Of a DNA stretch of 28,376 bases, positions 19,521 to 28,376 are shown piece by piece. Within the stretch, counting starts at the first letter, position 1. Each line of letters starts with the position of its first letter. The stretch comes from a bacterium (GTDB taxonomy: Bacteria > JAMCPX01): the NCBI GenBank assembly GCA_037439545.1, contig JBBIVV010000029.1:1-28376 (forward strand), given 5' to 3'. The notes under the pieces were generated by a model. It was given only the letters and a program-made list of their open reading frames with translations. It made no database searches and was not told the DNA's origin. A program made the translations under genes and the position numbers.

Positions 19521-20243
19521 ATGAAAAAATTAATGGTTACTTTCTTGATTTTGATTGTGACAGGTTGCGGGCCAAGTGCAATAAACGTAAAAACATCTTT
19601 TGAACAAGCACGGGCATCGTACGATAAACTCATGACGATAAATCCTGAGCCTCTCGATACGCAGGGTTATAGAATATACATGACAAAAGCGAAATCCTCT
19701 TATGACCATGGAGATTACCAAGATGCAGAAAAATATGCAGAACAGGCCCGGCAGCAAGCAGACAATGCTTATACTTCGCTGGAACAACTTAAAGCAAACT
19801 TCAAAAACCTCCTTGAAGCCACAAGGTCAAAGATGAATAATCTGCTCGTGCCAAGCCAGTATGCACTTCATACGTTCTTCTCGGCACAATCAGCTTATCA
19901 GAACGCGAGGTACAGAGAAGCCTCATCCTTGTTAGAGGAGGCTTCAAAAAAACTTGATATAGACACACAAACCGATTTCACTAAATCCATAACTGTCTTT
20001 GTACCTGATAATCTAAAAACCAGATTCAAGAATAATGTTCCTTTGTTCTCATTTCTCGGAAACGATTTTAAACTGCACAAGCAGATTGGAAGTATTAAAG
20101 GACCTGCGGAAGTGGACTTTGTAAATCAATTCTTTTTAAATGAAAATTTCTCTTACTTTCACATAAAAAGCGATAAGCTGAATATAGACGGGTGGGTGTA
20201 TCCGCAGTTTGTCGTTAAAGGTAAAATAAAGGAGGTAAAATAA
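19521..20243 (+). CDS. Lipoprotein of unknown function (helical N-domain, beta-rich C-domain)
   Basis: MKKLMVTFLILIVTG-C lipobox followed by Ala/Gln/Tyr-rich helical hairpins. Confidence 0.8.
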   Translation: MKKLMVTFLILIVTGCGPSAINVKTSFEQARASYDKLMTINPEPLDTQGYRIYMTKAKSSYDHGDYQDAEKYAEQARQQADNAYTSLEQLKANFKNLLEATRSKMNNLLVPSQYALHTFFSAQSAYQNARYREASSLLEEASKKLDIDTQTDFTKSITVFVPDNLKTRFKNNVPLFSFLGNDFKLHKQIGSIKGPAEVDFVNQFFLNENFSYFHIKSDKLNIDGWVYPQFVVKGKIKEVK

Positions 20244-20244
20244 C

Positions 20245-20484
20245 ATGTTAAAGAAAAATGCGTACGGGTTGGCATGGGGGTTGTTACTGGGTATCGGGCT
20301 GTTCCTCATTACAAATTACATAACACTGATCCACCACGGGGGAAGTACACTGATTAAACTCGACCAGGTATACTGGGGATATTCGATATCATTCGGCGGC
20401 TCACTTCTGGGGCTCATTTACGGATTCGTTACCGGTTATTTGCTGGGGTGGTTTGTCGCGTTATTTTATAACGTCTTTGCCTGA
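20245..20484 (+). CDS. Small two-TM Gly-rich membrane protein (type often auto-annotated as putative holin)
   Basis: AYGLAWGLLLGIGLF...YWGYSISFGGSLLGLIYGFVTGYLLGWFVALFYN; SD AAGGAGG. Confidence 0.75.
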   Translation: MLKKNAYGLAWGLLLGIGLFLITNYITLIHHGGSTLIKLDQVYWGYSISFGGSLLGLIYGFVTGYLLGWFVALFYNVFA

Positions 20485-20528
20485 ATAATAAATCACTATA
20501 CTATCCTACTTAGTCTGGTACACACAGG

Positions 20529-23500
20529 GTGGACAATCTTACTTATTATCTTGAGATACTCAAACTTGAGCCTGAGAATATCTCTGCCCTGAAAGGTATT
20601 GCAGAGATATACAAAGCGAACAAGCAATGGAATGAACTTATAGAAGTATATGAAAAGCTGTTCAGTCTCTCTGAAGAAACGGATGATCGTCTCTCGTATC
20701 TCCTGGAAACAGCGGGTATATACTACTACAACCTGAACGACAGCAGCAAAGCCATTGAATTTTATCTCGATGCGCTTGAATTTCAACCGGAAGATCTCAA
20801 TACCGTAAACATACTTATAGAGATATTCGACACATTAAAAAGTGTGCCTGAGCTCGACATACTTCTTGAGGGCAAGTCCCTTCTCGTAAAAGATGCACCG
20901 CAGGCTGCCAGTCTCACAGGCCAAATCATCGACAACTATATCTCGCTTAAGATGTACGATGAAGCGCTGTCAAAACTCTCGGCATTAAAAGATATGCCGC
21001 AGGATACTGTGAAGACGATATATGATGATCTGAACAAGGACGGCATCTTATCGAGCATATTCGAGTACAGAGAGCTCTTTATAAATACTCTGAAATCTCC
21101 TGGCAAACTTCCGAACGATGAACTTGCGAACCTCTACAGTTTACTTGCAGATCTCTACGAAAGAGTATTCGGCGATATATACGAGACTGCGTGCAATTAC
21201 GAGCTGGCTCTCGGTGTAAAACCTGACAACCAGCCCCGGGTTATCTCGAAACTGTATAGTATATACACATCATCTGAATATACGTTCATAGATGAACCAG
21301 TCCTGCTTATCCCCGTACTTTTAAAGATGAAGGAATCTCCGGGTCCCGGTACTGGTGCCGGTCTTGATAAGACGATTGGTATGAACTACCTGAAACTGAA
21401 CGAGCCGTTATCCGCACTCCCCTTTTTAAAAACATCTCTATCGACTGCGCCTGACGACATAGAACTGCTTTATACACTGCTCGATATTTATACCGCTCTG
21501 CCTGATGCAGAAGGTATGTCCGAAACCATCAGAAAACTCCTTGACATGGAGCATGACGATTCCAAAAAAATTGACCTGTATAAAAAGGCACTGCCGATAT
21601 TCATCGGGGAAAAGGATTACGACACGGCAAAACAATTCATCACGGCACTGGCCGGACTTACGGGGGACCAGTCTCATTATGCCTTGCTTGAGCAGATATA
21701 TGCAGATACCGGAGATTACAACAGTCTCGTAACATTTTATCTTGAAAGGCTTCAGGGAAGGGAAGAAGAAAAAGATTCTGCGGTTTTATGGGCGTCACTC
21801 GGCAATGCCTATCTGAAAGGCTTTTCACACTACGAATACGCCATAGACAGCTACAACAGGGCACTTGCGATTTCTCCGGATAACCTTGACTACCTTGGAA
21901 CACTGGTAACCCTATACTCTTCGGCTGAAAGATGGCCGGACGCAGAACAAACCATTCTGAAACTCATACGTCTGCAGGATAGTGATACCGACAAGAAAAC
22001 TTCATTGCAGCTCATGCTGGGTGATATCTATCTGACGCACGACAAAGATTACGATAAAGCGGCTGTCTTGTACAACGGATTACTTACCCAAAACGCTGAT
22101 AATGACACTGCTCTGATGGCGCTTGAAAGAATCTACAGGGAAAACAGTGATTATGCGAACCTCGTAAAGATACTTGAGAAAAAATTGGGCACAGCCGATG
22201 ACAAATACGACCTTCTCATCGAACTGGGCTCGATACTTTTTGACAGGAGTATTGACATACTAAAGGCACAGAACTACTTATGGCAGGCACTTGAACAAAA
22301 ACCTGAATCAACGTACGCGATCGATGTCATAAAAAGGCTCTATGAAACAACGGGTGATTTTAACGGCTTTGACAGACTTTATTCATTTCTTATAGATAAG
22401 TCCTCGGGCCGGACAAAAGTAGAGCTTCTCTTGAAACTGGGGCATATAAGATATGAAAAACTCGCAATGCCTGAAAGGGCAATTCAGGCGTTTGAGGAGG
22501 TTTTGTCGATTGCTCCCGACAACCACGATGCAAACCTTTCACTCACGAAACTGTACTTCAATGCCGGTGCATGGGATAAGGCGGAGCTTTGTTATAATTT
22601 CTCCATTAGCCACACTCTTGTCAAGAAAGAGAATCTGCCCGAGTTCGTATTTGAATATGCACGTATACTGGACAAGGTCGGCAAGCAGGAACAAGCCCTG
22701 CAATTCTATAAAAAAGCTTTCGAACTCGACGGTACAGAAAAGAAATATGTGGAGACTTACGGTAATTCTGCATATGCAAACAATGACAACAGCGGAGTTA
22801 TCGCGGCATTCGAAGCATTATTAAAACTTCCACGGACGGCAGATAAACCAATCGATAACATCAATGAAATTTACAGAAGGCTTGCATCTGCCTATGAGGC
22901 GGCCGGCGATTTCAGGACCTCATCGATATATCTGATGAAACTTATCGAAAAAGAGCCGAAGAGCCTTGAGCATTACCAATGGCTTGAGAGGCTTTCCACG
23001 AACAGCAGTGATTACTCATTGCTTGCAAGCGCCTTGAAAAAAGAGGCGGAACTCAGCGAAACGGACGAACAGAAGATGAGCTTGACCTTAAGGCGTGCCG
23101 TTCTATTGGACGAACACCTCAATGAGCCGCAATCCGCCGTAAAAGTACTCTTGGAACTTATTAAATCAGGGCAAAAGCACCTCGACATTTATTTAAAGCT
23201 CAGTTCACTGTACAAAAAACAGAACAATTCGAAAGAGCTTACGGCAACAATCCGTGAAATACTTAAATTCGAGATACCCGGAGAACAACGGGTAGACCTG
23301 CTGCTCGAGCTTGCCGGCATCCAAAAAGACAACAAGGAAACTGCAATGGGTATCTACACGGATGTTCTTCACATCCAACCCGATAACACTACCGCTTTCT
23401 CCGCACTTGCCGGTATCTACGACCTATCGGGAGATTATAAAAACTTATCGGCACTTTATGAAGAAAGACTCCCGCGAATGAAATCGAACGATGAGCTTAT

Positions 23501-26021
23501 TGACTTGCAAAAAAAACTTGCCCTGATAAAAGTGGAAAAATTAAATGATCCCGGTGCAGGAATAGCGCTCTATCAGAACATCATAAAGCTGAAACCGTCG
23601 GACAGCGGGACATATCCTCTGCTTGAGTCACTTCTCCTGAAAAAGGACGACGCTGCATCTCTTGATCAGTTCTATAAAATTGCCGCTTCAAATGCAGGCC
23701 AAAAAGACGCAAAATTCAATTACTTCGTGAAATCGGCGGAACTGCTTTTGTCCCGTATGAACGATGAAAAAGGTGCTCTGCAATCCTATGAGTCTGCGTA
23801 CACTATCGATACGTCAAATACCGATGTGCTCATTAAACTTGCAAGGCTGACTGCGTCACAGCAGGGAAGCTCCCCGGGCAATGATAAAGCCTTGAGTTAT
23901 TACAAGGAAGCAATCAAATTGAAGTCTGTCCCGGATGAAACAAGGGCTGCACTGAATTTTGAATACGGCGGAATGCTCAAAAACAGCGGCAAAGTAAGTG
24001 AAGCATACCAGGCATATAAAGATGCACATACCATAAGCCCCTCTCATATCGATTACAGGCTCGCCTACGGTGAAGCTGCCTATGCAGCAGGACTTTACAA
24101 AGATGCATACGACGTACTGAAAAATGTGACCTATGCGCATGAACAGGAAATATTACCAGAGCAATTGTTCCCGCTGTACAAAATGCTGTCAGATATAGCG
24201 CGCAGGCTCGGCAACATACAGCAGGCTGTCGAGTATTTACTGAGAGCAGTCGATATACACGAAAAGGATGTCGAGAGCCTGATAACACTCGATGAACTGA
24301 CGGCAAATCTCGGTAACTTCGAGCTTGAGTCAGAAGTCCTGACAAAGCTTTCAAGGGCACTTGAGAAGCCTTTAGACCGGGCACAGGTACTGATAAAGAT
24401 CGCGAAGCTGAAACATGATAAGCTCTATGACCTTAACGGTGCCGTACCGCTTCTCAGGGAAGCCATGGCAATTATGCCCGACAACCTCCAGATCTACCAT
24501 GAGCTCATACAAATTTACCGCGAGCAATCCGATACTGACAACGAAATAGATGTATTGGCACGACTGCTTAAGGTAGAGAAATCGACCGAAAACTTCATTG
24601 CAACTTCAATGAGACTTGGTGAGATGTACATCAAATTCAAAAACGATCTCGATACCGCAAAAAAATATTATCTCGAAGCCCTGAAAAAGGAACCATCTTC
24701 CATCCCGGCTTTGAAGGGACTGGGCAGCATTCTCGAGCTCCAGGGTAATTTTTCAGGAATAGCCGAGTTGTATCAGAGGTTTATAAAGGTGCTCCTGCCA
24801 AAGGAACCTAAAAAAGTGTTTCCGCTCATAAAAGAACTCGGTGAACTGTATACCACAAAAATCAAAAATAATGAGCTTGCCATTCAGCAATATCAGACAA
24901 TAGTGAATATCGAGCCCTCCGACGTCGATGCGCATTTTGCGCTTGCAGAGCTGTTATCAAAAAACAAGTCCCAGATTACAGAGGCTGTAAGAGAGTACAG
25001 TACCGTGCTGAAATACAAGCCTGATAACATCAATGCAATACGGTTTCTTTCAAAATTTTATGAACAGAAAAAAGACTATGATCGCGTATTTTTATACTAC
25101 AGCACATTGAAGCTGATAGGCCAGGAGAAGGACATGGAACGGATATTTGTAGATGCAAACAAAAACAAACAGCCACAACATCCGAAATCTCCTTTAACGG
25201 ACGACCTGTTTCATGCCCACCTCCTGCATATGAAAACAAGGGGACCGTTAAAGGACATAATCAATGTATTCCAGGATTATGGCGAGCATATATATAAGTC
25301 CGATCTGAAACTTTATGGTGTCGGTAAGCAGGAGAGAATAACGTCGAAATCGACGGCGTGGCAGGAGTACGTGCACTTATTACAAACCCTTGGTATAAAG
25401 GATATAGATATTTACCAGACATCAAAAGGTAATTTCAAGATCGTTATCGAGAATACGGATCCGCCGTCACTCATTGTAAATACCTCGGCCCTTTCCGGTT
25501 TATCTGCCGGAGAAAAGTCTTTTATAGTGGCTGAATATCTTACCTATATAAAATCGGGCTTTACACTGCCCATGAAATTAGGCAAGCAGAAGTTTTCACT
25601 GTTTATAAATGCGCTGATCAGGATATTCAATCCATCCGCTGCCACACAGCATGATACGGATCCGAATCTTAATACCATTCAGAATGCCGTTGCCGATACG
25701 CTGTCAAAAAAGCAGAAGACAGCCCTTGAGGAGCCGATAAAAAAATATCTGAAAGTGGCAAACCATTACATGGATGATTGGTTTGCAGGCATCGAGATGA
25801 CGGGCGTAAGAGCAGCTTCGTTCATGACCGGCGACATAGAACCTGTTTTTTCATCACTGGTTAAATGGCATGTCGGCGACACATCCCTGCTGTCGAATAA
25901 AGAAAAAAGAAAAGATATATTCTCATCTTCGGAACTTATGCAGGACATGCTTCAATTCTACCTTTCTGACAGCCATTTCCTGCTGAGGAGCAAGCTTGGC
26001 ATGTCCATACTTTCGGTATAG
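20529..26021 (+). CDS. Giant (1830 aa) tetratricopeptide-repeat protein with non-TPR C-terminal domain
   Basis: Many TPR units (AIDSYNRALAISPDN, AIQAFEEVLSIAPDNHDA, AKKYYLEALKKEPSSIPALKGLG, AIQQYQTIVNIEPSDVDAH) along an uninterrupted 5.5-kb ORF. GTG start uncertain. Confidence 0.92.
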   Translation: MDNLTYYLEILKLEPENISALKGIAEIYKANKQWNELIEVYEKLFSLSEETDDRLSYLLETAGIYYYNLNDSSKAIEFYLDALEFQPEDLNTVNILIEIFDTLKSVPELDILLEGKSLLVKDAPQAASLTGQIIDNYISLKMYDEALSKLSALKDMPQDTVKTIYDDLNKDGILSSIFEYRELFINTLKSPGKLPNDELANLYSLLADLYERVFGDIYETACNYELALGVKPDNQPRVISKLYSIYTSSEYTFIDEPVLLIPVLLKMKESPGPGTGAGLDKTIGMNYLKLNEPLSALPFLKTSLSTAPDDIELLYTLLDIYTALPDAEGMSETIRKLLDMEHDDSKKIDLYKKALPIFIGEKDYDTAKQFITALAGLTGDQSHYALLEQIYADTGDYNSLVTFYLERLQGREEEKDSAVLWASLGNAYLKGFSHYEYAIDSYNRALAISPDNLDYLGTLVTLYSSAERWPDAEQTILKLIRLQDSDTDKKTSLQLMLGDIYLTHDKDYDKAAVLYNGLLTQNADNDTALMALERIYRENSDYANLVKILEKKLGTADDKYDLLIELGSILFDRSIDILKAQNYLWQALEQKPESTYAIDVIKRLYETTGDFNGFDRLYSFLIDKSSGRTKVELLLKLGHIRYEKLAMPERAIQAFEEVLSIAPDNHDANLSLTKLYFNAGAWDKAELCYNFSISHTLVKKENLPEFVFEYARILDKVGKQEQALQFYKKAFELDGTEKKYVETYGNSAYANNDNSGVIAAFEALLKLPRTADKPIDNINEIYRRLASAYEAAGDFRTSSIYLMKLIEKEPKSLEHYQWLERLSTNSSDYSLLASALKKEAELSETDEQKMSLTLRRAVLLDEHLNEPQSAVKVLLELIKSGQKHLDIYLKLSSLYKKQNNSKELTATIREILKFEIPGEQRVDLLLELAGIQKDNKETAMGIYTDVLHIQPDNTTAFSALAGIYDLSGDYKNLSALYEERLPRMKSNDELIDLQKKLALIKVEKLNDPGAGIALYQNIIKLKPSDSGTYPLLESLLLKKDDAASLDQFYKIAASNAGQKDAKFNYFVKSAELLLSRMNDEKGALQSYESAYTIDTSNTDVLIKLARLTASQQGSSPGNDKALSYYKEAIKLKSVPDETRAALNFEYGGMLKNSGKVSEAYQAYKDAHTISPSHIDYRLAYGEAAYAAGLYKDAYDVLKNVTYAHEQEILPEQLFPLYKMLSDIARRLGNIQQAVEYLLRAVDIHEKDVESLITLDELTANLGNFELESEVLTKLSRALEKPLDRAQVLIKIAKLKHDKLYDLNGAVPLLREAMAIMPDNLQIYHELIQIYREQSDTDNEIDVLARLLKVEKSTENFIATSMRLGEMYIKFKNDLDTAKKYYLEALKKEPSSIPALKGLGSILELQGNFSGIAELYQRFIKVLLPKEPKKVFPLIKELGELYTTKIKNNELAIQQYQTIVNIEPSDVDAHFALAELLSKNKSQITEAVREYSTVLKYKPDNINAIRFLSKFYEQKKDYDRVFLYYSTLKLIGQEKDMERIFVDANKNKQPQHPKSPLTDDLFHAHLLHMKTRGPLKDIINVFQDYGEHIYKSDLKLYGVGKQERITSKSTAWQEYVHLLQTLGIKDIDIYQTSKGNFKIVIENTDPPSLIVNTSALSGLSAGEKSFIVAEYLTYIKSGFTLPMKLGKQKFSLFINALIRIFNPSAATQHDTDPNLNTIQNAVADTLSKKQKTALEEPIKKYLKVANHYMDDWFAGIEMTGVRAASFMTGDIEPVFSSLVKWHVGDTSLLSNKEKRKDIFSSSELMQDMLQFYLSDSHFLLRSKLGMSILSV

Positions 26022-26022
26022 T

Positions 26023-27060
26023 ATGAACCGCTTTCTTATCATAAGGTTCGGCTCTATAGGCAATACGCTTGTCAGCATCCCTGCGGTAAGGGCACTCAAG
26101 AAACACTACCCGGATTCTTTTATGGCAATGGTCGTTTCACCCGGTATTGACGATCTTATAAGCGATATAAAATGGATAGATGAAACAATAATTTATGACA
26201 TGCATGGCAGGCACAAACGCCTTTACGGTTACCTCGGTTTTATAAGAGAACTGAGAAAAAGGCATTTCGATACCGCAATAATGTTTAAAAGGTTCCTCAG
26301 AAGCGAGCTCATCGGATTGTTCTCAGGTGCCAAGAGACGGATAGGATTCCAGACCGGCGGCACGTCAAATTTCCTGACTGACCGCGTTGATTACAGAGAA
26401 GGTGAAAATATAGTCGAACTCAACATGAAGCTCGTTGGTCCCCTTGGCATAAACAGCGGTGATCTGTCACTGGAACTCGGTATCGATAACTGCCCTGCTT
26501 CTGCGGGTAGGGCTGTTATCGACGAGCTTAAATCAAGAGGCAGCGGTAAATATGCAGTGATACATCCCGGCGGTAAAACGGTCAGGGGACAGGGGTTAAG
26601 TCCCGGCAGCTATGCGGATATAATAAACAGGCTCGGAGAAAACTACCATATTCCGTCGGTCATTATCGGAGATACCCCGGAAACCGGAACAATAGATACG
26701 ATATTGCATCTCATAAAAGCCGGATCAGCCTCGGCAGTCATAGGGTTGCCCTTGAAACAGATAACCTGCATAATTAAGTATGCATCTGTATTCATTGGCA
26801 ACGACAGCGGGCCGTGTCATATTGCCGATGCGGTAGGCACACCGGGCATAATAATTTATCCTCCTGTCCCCGGGCTCGCAGAACACATAAAAAAATGGAA
26901 ACCCGCGGGTAAAAGGTATATTGCCGTGAGTCCGCCAAAGTCCTGCGATGCATGTCCTGCATATCCCTGCGATGAAGATACACGGGCTGCATGCATCAGT
27001 ACTATTGATAATGATCTTATTTTAAACTATACACTACAGATTATAAATAAAGAGGTCTAA
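26023..27060 (+). CDS. Glycosyltransferase family 9 (ADP-heptose:LPS heptosyltransferase-like)
   Basis: FLIIRFGSIGNTLVSIPAVRALKKHYPD, VIHPGG, FIGNDSGPCHIADAVGTP and C-terminal CxxCxxxxC...C. Start reassigned to ATG 26023. Confidence 0.9.
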   Translation: MNRFLIIRFGSIGNTLVSIPAVRALKKHYPDSFMAMVVSPGIDDLISDIKWIDETIIYDMHGRHKRLYGYLGFIRELRKRHFDTAIMFKRFLRSELIGLFSGAKRRIGFQTGGTSNFLTDRVDYREGENIVELNMKLVGPLGINSGDLSLELGIDNCPASAGRAVIDELKSRGSGKYAVIHPGGKTVRGQGLSPGSYADIINRLGENYHIPSVIIGDTPETGTIDTILHLIKAGSASAVIGLPLKQITCIIKYASVFIGNDSGPCHIADAVGTPGIIIYPPVPGLAEHIKKWKPAGKRYIAVSPPKSCDACPAYPCDEDTRAACISTIDNDLILNYTLQIINKEV

Positions 27061-28056
27061 ATGGAGAATACAAAAAGATTACTCAAGCTTGTCAAAGACT
27101 TTACCAGGGCAAGGATCCTCGTGATAGGAGATATAATACTGGACGAATTTGTATGGGGTAAGGTGTCCCGCATCTCACCCGAAGCTCCTGTGCCTGTCGT
27201 AGAGGTAACAAAAGAAAGCATTATGTTCGGCGGGTCTGCCAATGTGCTGCAGAATATCAAGGCATTAGGCGGAGAAGTCGTATTACTCGGTGTGATAGGA
27301 AATGACTACAACGGTGAGAGGCTGATGGAGATGCTCAGGGAGACAGGACACAGAACGGACGGCATAATAACGGATGCTCTTAGACATACATCTATAAAAA
27401 CGAGAGTCGTTGCCCAACATCAGCAGGTGGTAAGATTTGACAGGGAGTCAAAAGAGGAACTGTCGAAAAAAACATATAGAAGCATCATCGCATTCCTGGA
27501 ATCGAGGCTCCATGAATTTGATGCCGTCATTGTTTCCGATTATGGTAAAGGTTTGATCAGTAGAGGTATCATTTCACACATTCTTAAGTTCAAAAAAGAA
27601 AACGGCACTGTCGTTGCCGTCGATCCGAAGATACGTAACTTTAAGTTCTACCGTGGTGTAACGGTCATAACGCCAAATCAGAAAGAAGCAGAAGAAGCCT
27701 GCGGGTTTGAAATTAATTCCACAAAAGCACTAATAAAGGCCGGTATGTATCTGTTAAAAAAGTACAGCACCGATGCAATACTTATAACCCGCGGTGAATA
27801 CGGCATGAGTCTGTTCCAGTCCGACGGAACAATAAAACATATACCGACTATAGCACGAGAGGTCTATGACGTTACCGGTGCCGGTGACACGGTCATTGCG
27901 ACACTATCCCTTGCACTTGCTGCCAAGGCACAATGGATGGATGCGTGCATTATATCGAACCACTCTGCAGGCATTGTCGTCGGTAAGCTTGGGACAGCGA
28001 CAGCATCGGTAAAAGAATTGGAATCATCCATACGATCTAAGAGCGCATCTTTTTGA
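27061..28056 (+). CDS. rfaE1: D-glycero-beta-D-manno-heptose-7-phosphate kinase (HldE domain I, HldA)
   Basis: LVIGDIILDEF, RISPEAPVPV, GGSANV, SDYGKG, VDPK, TPNQKEA, VYDVTGAGDTVIA. Confidence 0.96.
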   Translation: MENTKRLLKLVKDFTRARILVIGDIILDEFVWGKVSRISPEAPVPVVEVTKESIMFGGSANVLQNIKALGGEVVLLGVIGNDYNGERLMEMLRETGHRTDGIITDALRHTSIKTRVVAQHQQVVRFDRESKEELSKKTYRSIIAFLESRLHEFDAVIVSDYGKGLISRGIISHILKFKKENGTVVAVDPKIRNFKFYRGVTVITPNQKEAEEACGFEINSTKALIKAGMYLLKKYSTDAILITRGEYGMSLFQSDGTIKHIPTIAREVYDVTGAGDTVIATLSLALAAKAQWMDACIISNHSAGIVVGKLGTATASVKELESSIRSKSASF

Positions 28057-28303
28057 TTTTATGATAAAATGTCCTTCTTGACACGCCGAGCAGTTGAATG
28101 GCTTCAGATTTATTGCCTGTCTTCTCCAGTGCCTCTGTAATGATCTCCGTCTCAATCGCTCCAAGTATGTGTTTCAGCTTCTTGTATTTTGTGCCGTTAT
28201 AAACAAGCCGTTTGGTAAATACTTTTCTATGCCTCTCAATAATAACGAAATTATTTAACACATTATTACGTTTATTGGGTGAAGATCGTTTTTTATTCAA
28301 CAT
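28037..28303 (-). CDS. Small Fis-type HTH protein
   Basis: IETEIITEALEKTGNKSEAIQLLGVSRRTFYHKIKK Fis HTH. An in-frame TAA just upstream of 28354 shows it is not the tail of a longer ORF. Start uncertain (28303 or 28354). Confidence 0.75.
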   Translation of the reverse strand: MLNKKRSSPNKRNNVLNNFVIIERHRKVFTKRLVYNGTKYKKLKHILGAIETEIITEALEKTGNKSEAIQLLGVSRRTFYHKIKKMRS

Positions 28304-28376
28304 AAAATTAAATATGAATGATAAATTTTCATCATATTTATATTCATACCACACATTTGGTAATTATTCAACATTC

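Noticed and set aside
20245..20484. Holin-like gene (with the XRE at 5025) as a sign of prophage
   Set aside because: No endolysin, integrase, terminase or structural genes; both are embedded in housekeeping operons.

Overview
Core-chromosome window from a Gram-negative bacterium. A deltaproteobacterial/Myxococcota-like lineage is inferred from gene content (giant TPR protein, PilZ, sigma54 signals, split hldA/hldC). Left to right: a TetR-TolC-EmrA-EmrB tripartite efflux operon (-); an unusual PilZ-XRE-gyrB-microprotein unit with no gyrA (+); crp-rsmG-queD-folE2 (-); DUF2156-bioB-bioF (+); a tRNA-Val/tRNA-Asp pair (-); a 254-bp non-autonomous IS remnant (MITE) with terminal inverted repeats and an exact 8-bp target duplication; a candidate sigma54-driven, strongly codon-biased, very basic secreted protein with a Pro/Ala tail; hldC, usp and rsmE (-); a PerR-like Fur regulator and waaA (+); a candidate sigma54-driven stand-alone response regulator (-); a tightly packed lipoprotein, small membrane protein, 1830-aa TPR protein, GT9 and hldA run (+); and a stand-alone Fis-like HTH (-). 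No CRISPR array, prophage or intact transposase is visible. All calls come from motif recognition by eye; no database searches were run.
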